This document shows, piece after piece, positions 1 to 8,623 of a stretch of DNA of 64,000 nt. Positions within the stretch are counted from its first letter, which is position 1. Each line of letters starts with the position of its first letter. The DNA comes from an uncultured Rubrivirga sp. (GTDB taxonomy: Bacteria > Actinomycetota > Actinomycetes > S36-B12), in assembly GCA_964550285.1 (NCBI GenBank), contig CAZJYN010000004.1, positions 1,950 through 65,949 of the forward strand, written 5' to 3'. A program made the position numbers and the translations under genes. A model generated the notes under the pieces. It saw nothing but the letters and a program-made list of their open reading frames with translations. It did no database searches and was not told the origin of the DNA.

Positions 1-1171
1 GCATCTTGCGCCAGATCACCGAATGGCTCCAGTGCTCCACGTAGAAGTTGTGGTTCTCCACATACGGGAACACGGTGCGGGCCAGGCCGAGCTTGCCTTG
101 GAAGGCCTCTTTGTCCTCATCGGATGTGAGGAGTTCGGTGTACTCGGCAACCACGCGATCACGCTCGGCACGAATCGCTTCCACCGGTCGATTGAGATCC
201 TCTCCCGCTTGCACCTTCTCGATGTAGTTGCGGATGAACTCGAAGGGAACCTCCACATTTTCGATCCAGATCTTGTCGTGGTGGTAGAAGCCAGAACCCG
301 TGGAGAAGTTGAACCACGGCTCAGCCGACTCTTCGAACGAGGCGATCCAGGACTGGCCCTCGGCCGACCCCTTCAGGATCTGGCAGGTAGCTTCGACATC
401 CCCGGCTGAGAAGGCTTCCGCGACACCGCCGTCCACGGCCTTGCGTGCCAGCCGCTTGAGTTCATCATCCGGCCGGAACAGGTCCACATCCACACCGGCG
501 ACCATCTTGGCGATCGCCTGATCGGGAATGTTGGGGAACACGGTCTTGCAGAACATGAAGAAGTCCAGGTACGCCGCGTACCCGAGGTTCAAGAACTCGA
601 AGTGGTAATTCCATAGCTTCAAGCCCAAACTGACGAGCCGGTGATAGTTGTCCTGCAACTTGTAGCCCGACCCCAGACCAGAGCCGGACTTGACGACCTC
701 ATCGGCATCCTCGATCTCCGGTAGCGGCTCGAACTCCAGGGATTCGAGTTCAGCCACCAGATCACGGATCTTGACCATCCACTTGTCGTAGAGGTCGTTC
801 CAGTTCATGAAGTAGTGGCCGGCGCGGTCGGTGAAGTTTGCAACGCGCTCTTCGATCGTGGCCGGGTCCGCGGGCACGGGTGATAGGTAGCCGTACCCGT
901 TCAGGATGCGAAAGGCGATCCCGTTAGCGGGCGGTACCTGCAGGTGTCGTGTGTTGTATTGGGACAACGATGCGATGGCGAACTCGAAGAAGGTCGCATC
1001 CCACGGGGTCAGGACGTTCGGCCAATGGACCCCATCTTGGAACCAGAACATCGAGTCCTCGAAGTCCTTGCGGGCCGGTGAGAACATCGATGAATAGACG
1101 TACATTTCTTGCCAGCCCTCGGCACCCTCGGGTGTCTCGATGTCGAAGGGGCTGGGAAAGCGATCTGCCAT
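1..1171 (-). CDS. PEP-utilising-enzyme family protein, PpsA-like large subunit (first 390 codons only; 3' end lies outside the window)
   Basis: Absent from the supplied ORF track because it has no stop codon inside the window. My own reverse-strand translation from ATG 1171..1169 (RBS GAGAGGAA a few nt upstream) stays open to position 1. It reads MADRFPSPFDIETPEGAEGWQEMYVYSSMF..FWFQDGVHWPNVLTPWD..ILNGYGYLSPVP..HYFMNWNDLYDKW. From memory this N-terminal pattern matches the substrate-binding subunit of phenylphosphate-synthase/PEP-synthase-like enzymes. The gene starts 37 bp downstream of the PPDK_N gene on the same strand. Confidence 0.55.
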   Translation of the reverse strand, partial: MADRFPSPFDIETPEGAEGWQEMYVYSSMFSPARKDFEDSMFWFQDGVHWPNVLTPWDATFFEFAIASLSQYNTRHLQVPPANGIAFRILNGYGYLSPVPADPATIEERVANFTDRAGHYFMNWNDLYDKWMVKIRDLVAELESLEFEPLPEIEDADEVVKSGSGLGSGYKLQDNYHRLVSLGLKLWNYHFEFLNLGYAAYLDFFMFCKTVFPNIPDQAIAKMVAGVDVDLFRPDDELKRLARKAVDGGVAEAFSAGDVEATCQILKGSAEGQSWIASFEESAEPWFNFSTGSGFYHHDKIWIENVEVPFEFIRNYIEKVQAGEDLNRPVEAIRAERDRVVAEYTELLTSDEDKEAFQGKLGLARTVFPYVENHNFYVEHWSHSVIWRKM

Positions 1172-1208
1172 CTGCGTTTCCTCTCGTAGAACGGTTACCA
1201 GAGCACCG

Positions 1209-2285
1209 TCAGTGCTTCTGAGCGTGCAACGGGTTCATCAGGGTCGAGACGATGCTCGCCATGAAATCCCCGTTCGAACCCCCACCAGTGGATCCGCGCT
1301 GTTGCTTGCTCCAGACCGTCTCCGGCCGGGACTGCAGCAACACCACGTTCCCCCCATCTGGTAGATCCGCATCTACGGCCCATTCGATGTCCTGCGGGCA
1401 GCCGTAGTGCTTCTCTGCTGCCTTCGCCAAAGTGGCGATGGCCTTGATCTGCGCATCGGTGAGGCTTGCTGCCGTTGCGCGGTCTTCATCCGTCTCGACC
1501 TTCTCCACGGTGTCGTGGTCGGTGAGACGAAACTCATGGTTTTTCGGTGAGATCTTCCGCTTTCCGATCTCGAACAGGACCTTGTCGATCAGGAAGTTGT
1601 CGGGGGTGACTTCCCCGGAGACGACCCCTTCCCCGAAGCCCCATGCCGAATCGATGCAGATCTGGGATCGATCACCGTCGGAAGGATTGAGCGTGAATGC
1701 GACCCCCGCCGAAACGGGCCGCACCATCTTTTGGACCACGACACTCATCTCCACGGACTCGTGCACGTAGCCCATTTCCGCGCGGTAGCACGTGGCACGG
1801 TCGGTGAACAGGCTCGCCCAGCAGCGGCGCACCGCATCTACAACCGAGTCCGCACCCCGGATCCACAGGTAGGTGTCGTGCTCACCGGCGAAGGAGGCAT
1901 CCGGCGAGTCCTCGCTGGTGGCCGAGGAGCGCACAGCGACCGGTACGTCGTCGGTTGAGGAAAGACGACACAACTCGGCGTAGGCATTGCGTAATTCCGC
2001 TTCGACCTGCTGGTCCATCGGCATCTTGGTGATCGCATCGCGGATCTGCCGGCATCGATCCTCGACCATCGCGGTGTCGTTGGTGTCGAGATCCTTCAAC
2101 AGGCAAGCGAGGTCCGCATCGAGATTCGCCGCTTCCTTGCTGACCCGAAAAGCGGTGGTGGTCAGCGCGAAGCCCGGTGGCACCGGAAGACCTGCACCGG
2201 TCATCTCACCCAAGCTCGCGCCTTTTCCACCTACTTCCGGCTTCATTCCGTGCCAGTAACTCTCGAACCACATGATCGAACTCAT
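1209..2285 (-). CDS. PEP/pyruvate-binding (PPDK_N, ATP-grasp) domain protein, PpsB-like small subunit
   Basis: ORF 1209..2345 trimmed to the internal ATG at 2285 (MSSIMWFESYWHG). This ATG forms an ATGA overlap with the stop of the upstream gene. Motifs GGKGASLGEM, VAVRSSATSEDSP, SFAGEHDTYL and DIEWAVD are typical of the ATP-binding domain of PEP synthase/PPDK. At 358 aa it is that domain alone. Confidence 0.75.
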   Translation of the reverse strand: MSSIMWFESYWHGMKPEVGGKGASLGEMTGAGLPVPPGFALTTTAFRVSKEAANLDADLACLLKDLDTNDTAMVEDRCRQIRDAITKMPMDQQVEAELRNAYAELCRLSSTDDVPVAVRSSATSEDSPDASFAGEHDTYLWIRGADSVVDAVRRCWASLFTDRATCYRAEMGYVHESVEMSVVVQKMVRPVSAGVAFTLNPSDGDRSQICIDSAWGFGEGVVSGEVTPDNFLIDKVLFEIGKRKISPKNHEFRLTDHDTVEKVETDEDRATAASLTDAQIKAIATLAKAAEKHYGCPQDIEWAVDADLPDGGNVVLLQSRPETVWSKQQRGSTGGGSNGDFMASIVSTLMNPLHAQKH

Positions 2286-3454
2286 TGCTGATCCTCCTCG
2301 CGCAGTGCCTTGGGCAGGGCTCGACCGCTGAGCCCCTCCCACCAATCAGGAAGCTGGTCAAGATCGGGAACTTGAACTTCTTGCACCCGGTTGCGGTAGG
2401 CGATGAAGGCCGAATTCGTCTCGACGAGTCGGACGATCACCTCTTCGGTGTTGTACGGCTCCCCGGGGTCGTAGCCGAAGGCGCTGATCGCGAAGACCCT
2501 GATAGGCCCGGAGTGGGTGCCGACGATGATCCGATCACCGGGGTGTTCTGCCTTTATCCGCTGGATACCCGCCCAAAAACGTCGAACGGTGGCCGAAGGC
2601 GGCTCGAAGTTCAACATCGGAATCTGGGTCCACAGCGTGATGGGGTCCGCACCCCCCTGCTGCGTCTTCCAAAAACGGTCCATCTCCACGAGCCAGGTGG
2701 GTCGATCCCCCAGCGCCACCCGCTCGTACTTCTCCATCTCACGCTTGTAGAGACGAAATGCCCCGGTCACATCGCGCAGACCCTCGGGGGTCCACACCTG
2801 GAAATTACGGAACTCCTCCATCGCATGGACCTCGGAGATCTCTGCTTCGCGACCCCACATCGTCAAGCCATCGAGCAGTCCCTTGCGGATCCCCTCCGAG
2901 GTCTGACGTGCGCGGTTGGTATCCGCGCAGACGATATGGACGCGCTCTCCTTCGCGGATCGATTTGCTGATGTCGAAACCACGTCGGTGCACCTGCCAAC
3001 TACCCAGTGGTGTCAGGCCACTTTCCGTGGAGTACCCCTGGGTTTCGCCGTGCCGGATGATGTGCACCTGCGTCAGGACGGCCGGCCCAGACTGCTCACG
3101 TGACTCCGGGACGATCTCCTTGGTCTTGGTGATCTGCGCCCGCGCCATCGTGACGCCGAGGTCTTCGCCCTCCCAGGTGGGAAGGGGGGTCTCGAGCGGG
3201 TTCGCACCTGATCGCCTGTCTCGGAATCGACGTAGATAAAGCGGGACATCATCGGTCCGGTCCCCGCCTCGATCATCGCGTTCGTGCTGCTTACCCCCGC
3301 GCGACTCGCGCTCGAGGTACTTTTGCAAGTAGGCGGGGGGATCGGTCCGATCCATATGGGACAGGCGAGGACGCGCCGTGCCGCCATCGGCGGCGATCCG
3401 TTCGATCTCCGCCTCGCTGGTGGTTTCGGTGTCCCCGATCTCGGCTGCAGTCAT
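2282..3454 (-). CDS. histidine phosphatase (phosphoglycerate-mutase-like) family protein with charged N-terminal extension
   Basis: IIRHGETQ (RHG catalytic motif) and GTHSGPIR (second His motif) lie in the C-terminal ~250 aa. The N-terminal ~130 aa is charged and low-complexity. Start set at ATG 3454, 8 bp after the stop of the upstream dioxygenase gene. The longer ORF to 3544 would overlap that gene. Confidence 0.65.
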   Translation of the reverse strand: MTAAEIGDTETTSEAEIERIAADGGTARPRLSHMDRTDPPAYLQKYLERESRGGKQHERDDRGGDRTDDVPLYLRRFRDRRSGANPLETPLPTWEGEDLGVTMARAQITKTKEIVPESREQSGPAVLTQVHIIRHGETQGYSTESGLTPLGSWQVHRRGFDISKSIREGERVHIVCADTNRARQTSEGIRKGLLDGLTMWGREAEISEVHAMEEFRNFQVWTPEGLRDVTGAFRLYKREMEKYERVALGDRPTWLVEMDRFWKTQQGGADPITLWTQIPMLNFEPPSATVRRFWAGIQRIKAEHPGDRIIVGTHSGPIRVFAISAFGYDPGEPYNTEEVIVRLVETNSAFIAYRNRVQEVQVPDLDQLPDWWEGLSGRALPKALREEDQQ

Positions 3455-3462
3455 GTCTCTCC

Positions 3463-4374
3463 CTAGCTGTGCACCGTCAGGAACTGCTGGTCCACGACAC
3501 CGTCGTAGTAGAAGATCGCCCGACCCATCTCCGATTCGGTCCACGTGACCGGCGGTTCCTCCGGATCGACGTAGTAACCACCGGTGAAGGCTTCGTTGCG
3601 ATTACCCGCAGGGTCGAAGAAGTAGATGCAATGGCCGCGCGTGGCCCCGTGTCGCGTTGGATTCTTCTCGATCGGTACGCCGTGGTAAGCGAGGATGTCC
3701 GCGGTATCCCGTATGGCGGTCCAGTCATCGACCCAGAATGCGAAGTGGTGCAGGCCGCCGTCTTGGCCCGTCACCAGCGCGATGTCGTGCGAATGGTGCG
3801 AATGCTCTAGCCAGGTGGCTACTTGGAAGCCATCGTCACCGAGCACCTGTTCGGTGAGGTGGAAGTCGAGCACCTCCTGCAAGAACCGAGTGTTCGCGGC
3901 GACGTCCTCGCAGGTGATGAAGATGTGGTCAAGACGCGGTGGGGCGAAGCCGACGAGGTTGATCGGCTTGGGCGGCGGGTTGACCAGCGGTAGCAGGTTG
4001 CCCACCTGCTGCATGCCGTACACCAACTCCATAACGTGACCGCTGGGCAAGGAGAATCGAATGGCCTCGCCGTGTCCGGGCCCGATCTCCGCGGCGTCGA
4101 ATCGCATCACCTCGACACCGGCTTGTTCCAGCCTCGCGGTGTAGTGATCGAGATCCTCGCGGTAGCGGACCTTCCAGCCCATATGGTTCAGGCCGTAGGT
4201 CGACTCGCTGGTCAAGATCACCGAGTGGTGCTGGTGTTCATCCCAGCACTTCAGATAGACCCGGTCGGCCTCGCGAGCGGTCTCGTAGAGCCCGATGACC
4301 TCGGTGTAATAGGCCGTAGCCAATTCCAGGTCCGGAACGCGCACTTCCACGTGCGACAAACGCAAGATTCCCAT
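3463..4374 (-). CDS. catechol 2,3-dioxygenase (extradiol, two-domain VOC fold), copy 1
   Basis: 303 aa. LRLSHVEVRV N-terminus; candidate metal-ligand contexts PPRLDH, GGLHHFAFW, NRNEAFTGGY; C-terminal FLTVHS. Overall pattern matches XylE/DmpB-type enzymes. Confidence 0.9.
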   Translation of the reverse strand: MGILRLSHVEVRVPDLELATAYYTEVIGLYETAREADRVYLKCWDEHQHHSVILTSESTYGLNHMGWKVRYREDLDHYTARLEQAGVEVMRFDAAEIGPGHGEAIRFSLPSGHVMELVYGMQQVGNLLPLVNPPPKPINLVGFAPPRLDHIFITCEDVAANTRFLQEVLDFHLTEQVLGDDGFQVATWLEHSHHSHDIALVTGQDGGLHHFAFWVDDWTAIRDTADILAYHGVPIEKNPTRHGATRGHCIYFFDPAGNRNEAFTGGYYVDPEEPPVTWTESEMGRAIFYYDGVVDQQFLTVHS

Positions 4375-4389
4375 GTCTTGTCCGATCCC

Positions 4390-5298
4390 CTACGTGTGTA
4401 CCGTCATGAATCGGGTGTTGAGATCGCCTTCGTAGTAGAAGACGGCACGACCGATCTGGTCCTCAGTCCAGGTGATGGTCGGGAATTCCGGGTCCGGGCG
4501 ATAGCCCCCGGTGAAGACTTCGTTTCTGGTACCCAGCGGATCGAAGAAGTAGATCGTGTTTCCGCGGGTGATCCCGTGCCGAGTCGGACCGACATCGATC
4601 TGGATTCCGTTATAGGCGAGAACATCCGCGGAGCGACGTACGTGGTCCCAATCATCGAGCCACCACGCGAAGTGATGCAGGCCGCCGTTCTTGCCCGAGA
4701 CGATCGCGAGGTCGTGCGGACTGTCGGTCACCGTCATCCAGGTGGCGGCCTGGTGGCCCTGCCCATCCAGCAATTGTTCGGTAGTCCGAAAACCGAAGAC
4801 GTCCTCGTAGAACTTGGTCGAATCACCCACCTCTTCGGCGGTCACCAACAGGTGATCTAGGCGTGGTGGGGCGATACCGGTCAACCCCTCGACGAAGGGA
4901 GCGGGATTGATGGGCGCGGTCGCTCTGCCGACCATGTCCAAATCGGCGACGAGTTCCATCGTCTGCCCGGACGGGGTCTCGAACTGGATCGACTCCCCCT
5001 GCCCTATGCGATTCCCCTTGGAGATGCGGCGAACCGGGAACCCGTACTGCGAGACCCGATTTTCGAGTTCGTCGAGATCATCCTCACGGTCTACCTTGAA
5101 CGACATCAGGTCGAAGCCGACCCGCGGCCCGTATATCAACCGCAGCGAATGGTGGTTCGGCTCGTCCCAGCACTTGAGGTAGACCGAGTTCTCGTCCCGC
5201 TCAGTTTCGAGCAGGCCGATGACCTCGGTGTAGTACGCCGTGGCTAGGTCAAGGTCGGTGACCGTGACGTCAACGTGCGCCAGCCTTTGCAAACCCAT
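4390..5298 (-). CDS. catechol 2,3-dioxygenase (extradiol, two-domain VOC fold), copy 2
   Basis: 302 aa paralogue of the adjacent gene. It shares LATAYYTEVIGL, VYLKCWDE, PPRLDH, GGLHHFAWW and RNEVFTGGY. RBS GAGGGAG lies upstream of ATG 5298. Confidence 0.9.
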   Translation of the reverse strand: MGLQRLAHVDVTVTDLDLATAYYTEVIGLLETERDENSVYLKCWDEPNHHSLRLIYGPRVGFDLMSFKVDREDDLDELENRVSQYGFPVRRISKGNRIGQGESIQFETPSGQTMELVADLDMVGRATAPINPAPFVEGLTGIAPPRLDHLLVTAEEVGDSTKFYEDVFGFRTTEQLLDGQGHQAATWMTVTDSPHDLAIVSGKNGGLHHFAWWLDDWDHVRRSADVLAYNGIQIDVGPTRHGITRGNTIYFFDPLGTRNEVFTGGYRPDPEFPTITWTEDQIGRAVFYYEGDLNTRFMTVHT

Positions 5299-5317
5299 GG
5301 AATGTTCGCTCCCTCAC

Positions 5318-5335
5318 TTGTGTCACAGGACACAA
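5318..5335. promoter_or_regulatory. perfect 7-4-7 inverted repeat TTGTGTC-ACAG-GACACAA in the divergent control region (candidate IclR-type operator)
   Basis: Read directly from the sequence: TTGTGTCACAGGACACAA. It lies about 20 bp upstream of the start of dioxygenase copy 2 and about 100 bp upstream of the opposite operon, which encodes the IclR regulator. Confidence 0.35.
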
Positions 5336-5431
5336 CATCGATTGCGTGGAGCGTGACGGTAAGTGGAATGTGTCCCGCATGGAAGTACGTCGTCCCATCT
5401 ACAGGAACACCCGCTGCTAGCGTCCCGAAGC

Positions 5432-6097
5432 ATGGCAGCAGGTGCTCCCGAGCAGATGCGATCGGCGATGGCCGACTACATCCGTGCGGTGCATGAGGCC
5501 TACCTAGACGCCGCGGACCCCCTGCCACCGGCCGACCGCGCCCGACTACCGCTGTTCACCGACCGCCCGTTCACCGTGATCGCCGCAGGAACCCGTTACC
5601 TGCATGTCCTCGCGACGACCGACCCCTTGCCCGAACCCGTTGGCCAGGAGGTGCGCATCGAGGACAGCGCGAACGAACTGAACTGGAGTTTGCGCTTCTA
5701 CGACCCCGTCGTAGCGCCGGGGCTGGGACTGATCGACGAAGCCGATGCTCCGCAACCGACCCAGGTGCGCGACACCCTGGGAGTGCGAACTGTGCTTTAC
5801 CACCTGTCCGTGCCACCCGGTGGAGGGTTGACGGCTCATCACGCGCAGCACGCCGGAACCGGGCTGGCGCATTCGCACGCGGCAGCCGATCGTGATTTCA
5901 CCACGATGGCCGGATTGCAGCCCGCAAACGGGGAACTCATAGCCGAGATGCACGCTGCGCACGTCAACTCGATGCCGAATGCGCTGCGCCTGCTTGCAAA
6001 CGAACTCCTCGGTAAGCAAGCCATCGAGGCTTCGACCACCGACGTCGAATCGATCCGGCGGGCGGCACTGGAAGAACTCAGGTCAGCACAACGATGA
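5432..6097 (+). CDS. hypothetical protein (no family recognised), first gene of the lower-pathway operon
   Basis: ORF 5363..6097. I prefer ATG 5432 (MAAGAPEQMRSAMADYIRAVHEAY), but no clear RBS is visible, so the start is uncertain. Its stop overlaps the IclR start in an ATGA at 6094-6097. Contains a His-rich patch HHAQHAGTGLAHSH. Confidence 0.5.
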   Translation: MAAGAPEQMRSAMADYIRAVHEAYLDAADPLPPADRARLPLFTDRPFTVIAAGTRYLHVLATTDPLPEPVGQEVRIEDSANELNWSLRFYDPVVAPGLGLIDEADAPQPTQVRDTLGVRTVLYHLSVPPGGGLTAHHAQHAGTGLAHSHAAADRDFTTMAGLQPANGELIAEMHAAHVNSMPNALRLLANELLGKQAIEASTTDVESIRRAALEELRSAQR

Positions 6098-6903
6098 GCG
6101 AGGACACCCCCACACCTCGGCGGGCGCATTCGACACTGTCGAGTGTCCGCAATGCCGCGCGCCTGCTGCGCGAATTCTCCAAGGGCCCTCGCGAGTTGGG
6201 GGTTACCGAACTGTCCCGTCGCCTCGGAGTGGGCAAGAGCACCGCGCACCGTCTTGTGAACACACTCACCGAAGAACGACTCCTCGAACAAGACCCCGAC
6301 ACCGGTGCGTACCGACTCGGCCTCGCGATGTACGAGTTGGGGACCTCGGTCTACTGGCATACCGATCTACACGAAGCCTGCACTCCCGTTTTGGACCAAT
6401 TGCGCAACTCGACCAAGGAGACCGCGCAAGTGGCGGTGCTCGACGGCCACGAAGTCGTATACGTGGAACGACGAGAAAGTCCGCAGACCCTTCGACTCTT
6501 CGGACGTGTCGGGCATCGCAACGACGCGCACTGCACCAGCACCGGGAAACTGCTGCTGGCCTGCCTGCCCCCGGAACAACTCGATCGCACGTTGCGGGGC
6601 TGGCGACTTCCCGCCAAGACCCCTTACACCGTCACCAAGATCGATGATCTGCGCAAACAGTTGCAGACGATCCAAGCCCAGGGATGGGCAGAGAACATCA
6701 ACGAGGCCGAGCTCGGCGTCGCATCGGTAGCTGCGCCGATTCGTAACGGACTAGGGGAAGTGGTCGCAGCTGTGTCGATCGCCGGCCCCGTCCAACGACT
6801 TGGCGGGGAGTCACTACGCAGATTCGCCCGGCCCTGCATCGAAGCCGGGCTAGCCATCAGTCGACGTCTCGGTTACCGAGATTCCAAAGGAGGCCGCTTA
6901 TGA
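6094..6903 (+). CDS. IclR-family transcriptional regulator
   Basis: N-terminal winged HTH (LGVTELSRRLGVGKSTAHRLVNTL) plus an IclR effector domain (GHRNDAHCTSTGKLLLA, AAVSIAGP). ATGA overlaps at both ends (6094, 6900). Confidence 0.9.
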   Translation: MSEDTPTPRRAHSTLSSVRNAARLLREFSKGPRELGVTELSRRLGVGKSTAHRLVNTLTEERLLEQDPDTGAYRLGLAMYELGTSVYWHTDLHEACTPVLDQLRNSTKETAQVAVLDGHEVVYVERRESPQTLRLFGRVGHRNDAHCTSTGKLLLACLPPEQLDRTLRGWRLPAKTPYTVTKIDDLRKQLQTIQAQGWAENINEAELGVASVAAPIRNGLGEVVAAVSIAGPVQRLGGESLRRFARPCIEAGLAISRRLGYRDSKGGRL

Positions 6904-7712
6904 GCAACCTGACCGACGCCCAGGCGAGGGAGTTCGCGAACGCGCTGTACGAGGCACGCCGCGACCGGATTCCGATCCCGCCCTTCACCGAATCGATGCC
7001 CGAACTCGGCATGGCAGATGGCTACGCGATCCAGCAGCACCTGGTGAATCGCCTCGTGTCCGATGGTCACGAGATCTGCGGGTACAAACTCGGGCTCACT
7101 TCCGCACCGATGCAACAGCTACTCGGGGTCGATCAGCCGGACTTCGGGCCGGTCTTCGCGAATACCGTGCATCGGGACGGTTCCATCGTTCGCACATCGG
7201 ATTTCATCGCACCCCGTGTCGAGGCGGAGATAGCTGTGATCCTCGGGTCGGAACTGCAGGGGCCGAACTGCACACCAGCCGATGCCTATCTGGCAACCCG
7301 GGGACTGGCAGCATCCATCGAGATCGTGGACTCCCGCATCGAGGACTGGCGGATTTCGATCGCCGACACGGTCGCCGACCTAGCCAGCAACGGCGCCATC
7401 GCTCTAAGTAGCGCCGTGATCCCGATCGAGGACTTCGATCCCCGTCTCGTCGGGATGGTCTTCACCCGAGACGGCAACGTCGTGGCGACGGGAGCAGGGG
7501 CAGCAGCATTGGGCGATCCCCTCGCAGCGGTCGCATGGCTCGCCAACACGCTCGCTCCCATGGGCGTCACGCTGCCGGCCGGCAGCGTGATCTTGACCGG
7601 GGCGTTGCACGCGATGACGCCCATCAACCCCGGTGAGGTCTACCGAGCGGAGTTCGACCACCTTGGGTCCATCACGCTGCGCGTCGAAGAAGTCGAAGGA
7701 GAGGAGAACTGA
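6900..7712 (+). CDS. 2-oxopent-4-enoate (2-hydroxypentadienoate) hydratase, MhpD/XylJ/DmpE family
   Basis: 270 aa. [18 protein letters not shown] and EAEIAVIL are typical of the FAH-fold hydratase/decarboxylase family. First catalytic gene after the regulator. Confidence 0.8.
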   Translation: MSNLTDAQAREFANALYEARRDRIPIPPFTESMPELGMADGYAIQQHLVNRLVSDGHEICGYKLGLTSAPMQQLLGVDQPDFGPVFANTVHRDGSIVRTSDFIAPRVEAEIAVILGSELQGPNCTPADAYLATRGLAASIEIVDSRIEDWRISIADTVADLASNGAIALSSAVIPIEDFDPRLVGMVFTRDGNVVATGAGAAALGDPLAAVAWLANTLAPMGVTLPAGSVILTGALHAMTPINPGEVYRAEFDHLGSITLRVEEVEGEEN

Positions 7713-8623
7713 TGGGCAAGAGATGCGCCATCATCGGGTCGGGGAACATCGGTAGCGACTTGATGTACAAGATGCTGCGCAGCGATGTCCTCGACCTCGT
7801 CGCCGTCGTAGGAATCGATCCTGCCAGTGATGGCCTCAGTCGAGCCCGCGAAGCCGGCCTAGAGGCACCCCACACCGGACCTGACTGGGTGCTGGAGAAC
7901 TCCGACGACATCGACATGGTCTTCGATGCCACCAGTGCGTACGTGCATGTCCGCTACTACAAGAAGTACGCGGAAGCAGGAATCACCGCGATCGATCTCA
8001 CCCCGGCGGCCAGAGGCCCCAAAGTGATTCCCCCCGTAAATCTCTACGAGCATCTCGATGCGCCGAACATCAACATGGTCACATGCGGGGGGCAAGCGAC
8101 AACTCCGATGGTCTACGCGATCCGCCGCGCCATCGACACCCTGCCGTACGCCGAGATGGTCTCGACCGTTTCGAGTCGCTCGGCGGGTCCGGGCACGCGG
8201 CAGAACATCGATGAATTCACCAAGACGACTGCTACTGCTCTTCGCGAGATCGGTGGAGCCGAGCACAGCAAGGCGATCATCGTGCTGAACCCCGCGGAGC
8301 CACCGATTCTCATGCGAAACACCGTCTTCGCTGGACTCCCCGAAGGCTCCGACCACGCCGCCGTGCTCGACTCCATCCATGAAATGGCCACACAGGTCGC
8401 GAAATACGTTCCCGGCTACCGGCTGAAGAACCCTCCGGTCGTGGAAGAGGGGCCCTTCTTCACGCCGGGGGGAGAAGTCCCACACCGTGCGGTCGTGCTC
8501 CTCGAAGTCGAGGGAGCCGGCGACTATCTACCCACTTACGCCGGCAATTTAGACATCATGACGGCCGCCGCCATGCGCGTCGGTGAGGCCGTGGCACACG
8601 CACAGCAGGAGGTACTCGCATGA
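7712..8623 (+). CDS. acetaldehyde dehydrogenase (acetylating), DmpF/MhpF/XylQ family
   Basis: [19 protein letters not shown]-binding N-terminus and [10 protein letters not shown] active-site Cys context. TGATG junction with the upstream gene and ATGA junction with the aldolase. Confidence 0.9.
   Translation: MGKRCAIIGSGNIGSDLMYKMLRSDVLDLVAVVGIDPASDGLSRAREAGLEAPHTGPDWVLENSDDIDMVFDATSAYVHVRYYKKYAEAGITAIDLTPAARGPKVIPPVNLYEHLDAPNINMVTCGGQATTPMVYAIRRAIDTLPYAEMVSTVSSRSAGPGTRQNIDEFTKTTATALREIGGAEHSKAIIVLNPAEPPILMRNTVFAGLPEGSDHAAVLDSIHEMATQVAKYVPGYRLKNPPVVEEGPFFTPGGEVPHRAVVLLEVEGAGDYLPTYAGNLDIMTAAAMRVGEAVAHAQQEVLA

Noticed and set aside
1-2285. Calling the PEP-utilising pair a bona fide phenylphosphate synthase (anaerobic phenol pathway)
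   Set aside because: The window holds no PpsC-like CBS protein and no UbiD/UbiX-type phenylphosphate carboxylase. The surrounding pathway is oxygen-dependent. Only the family and architecture resemblance is claimed.
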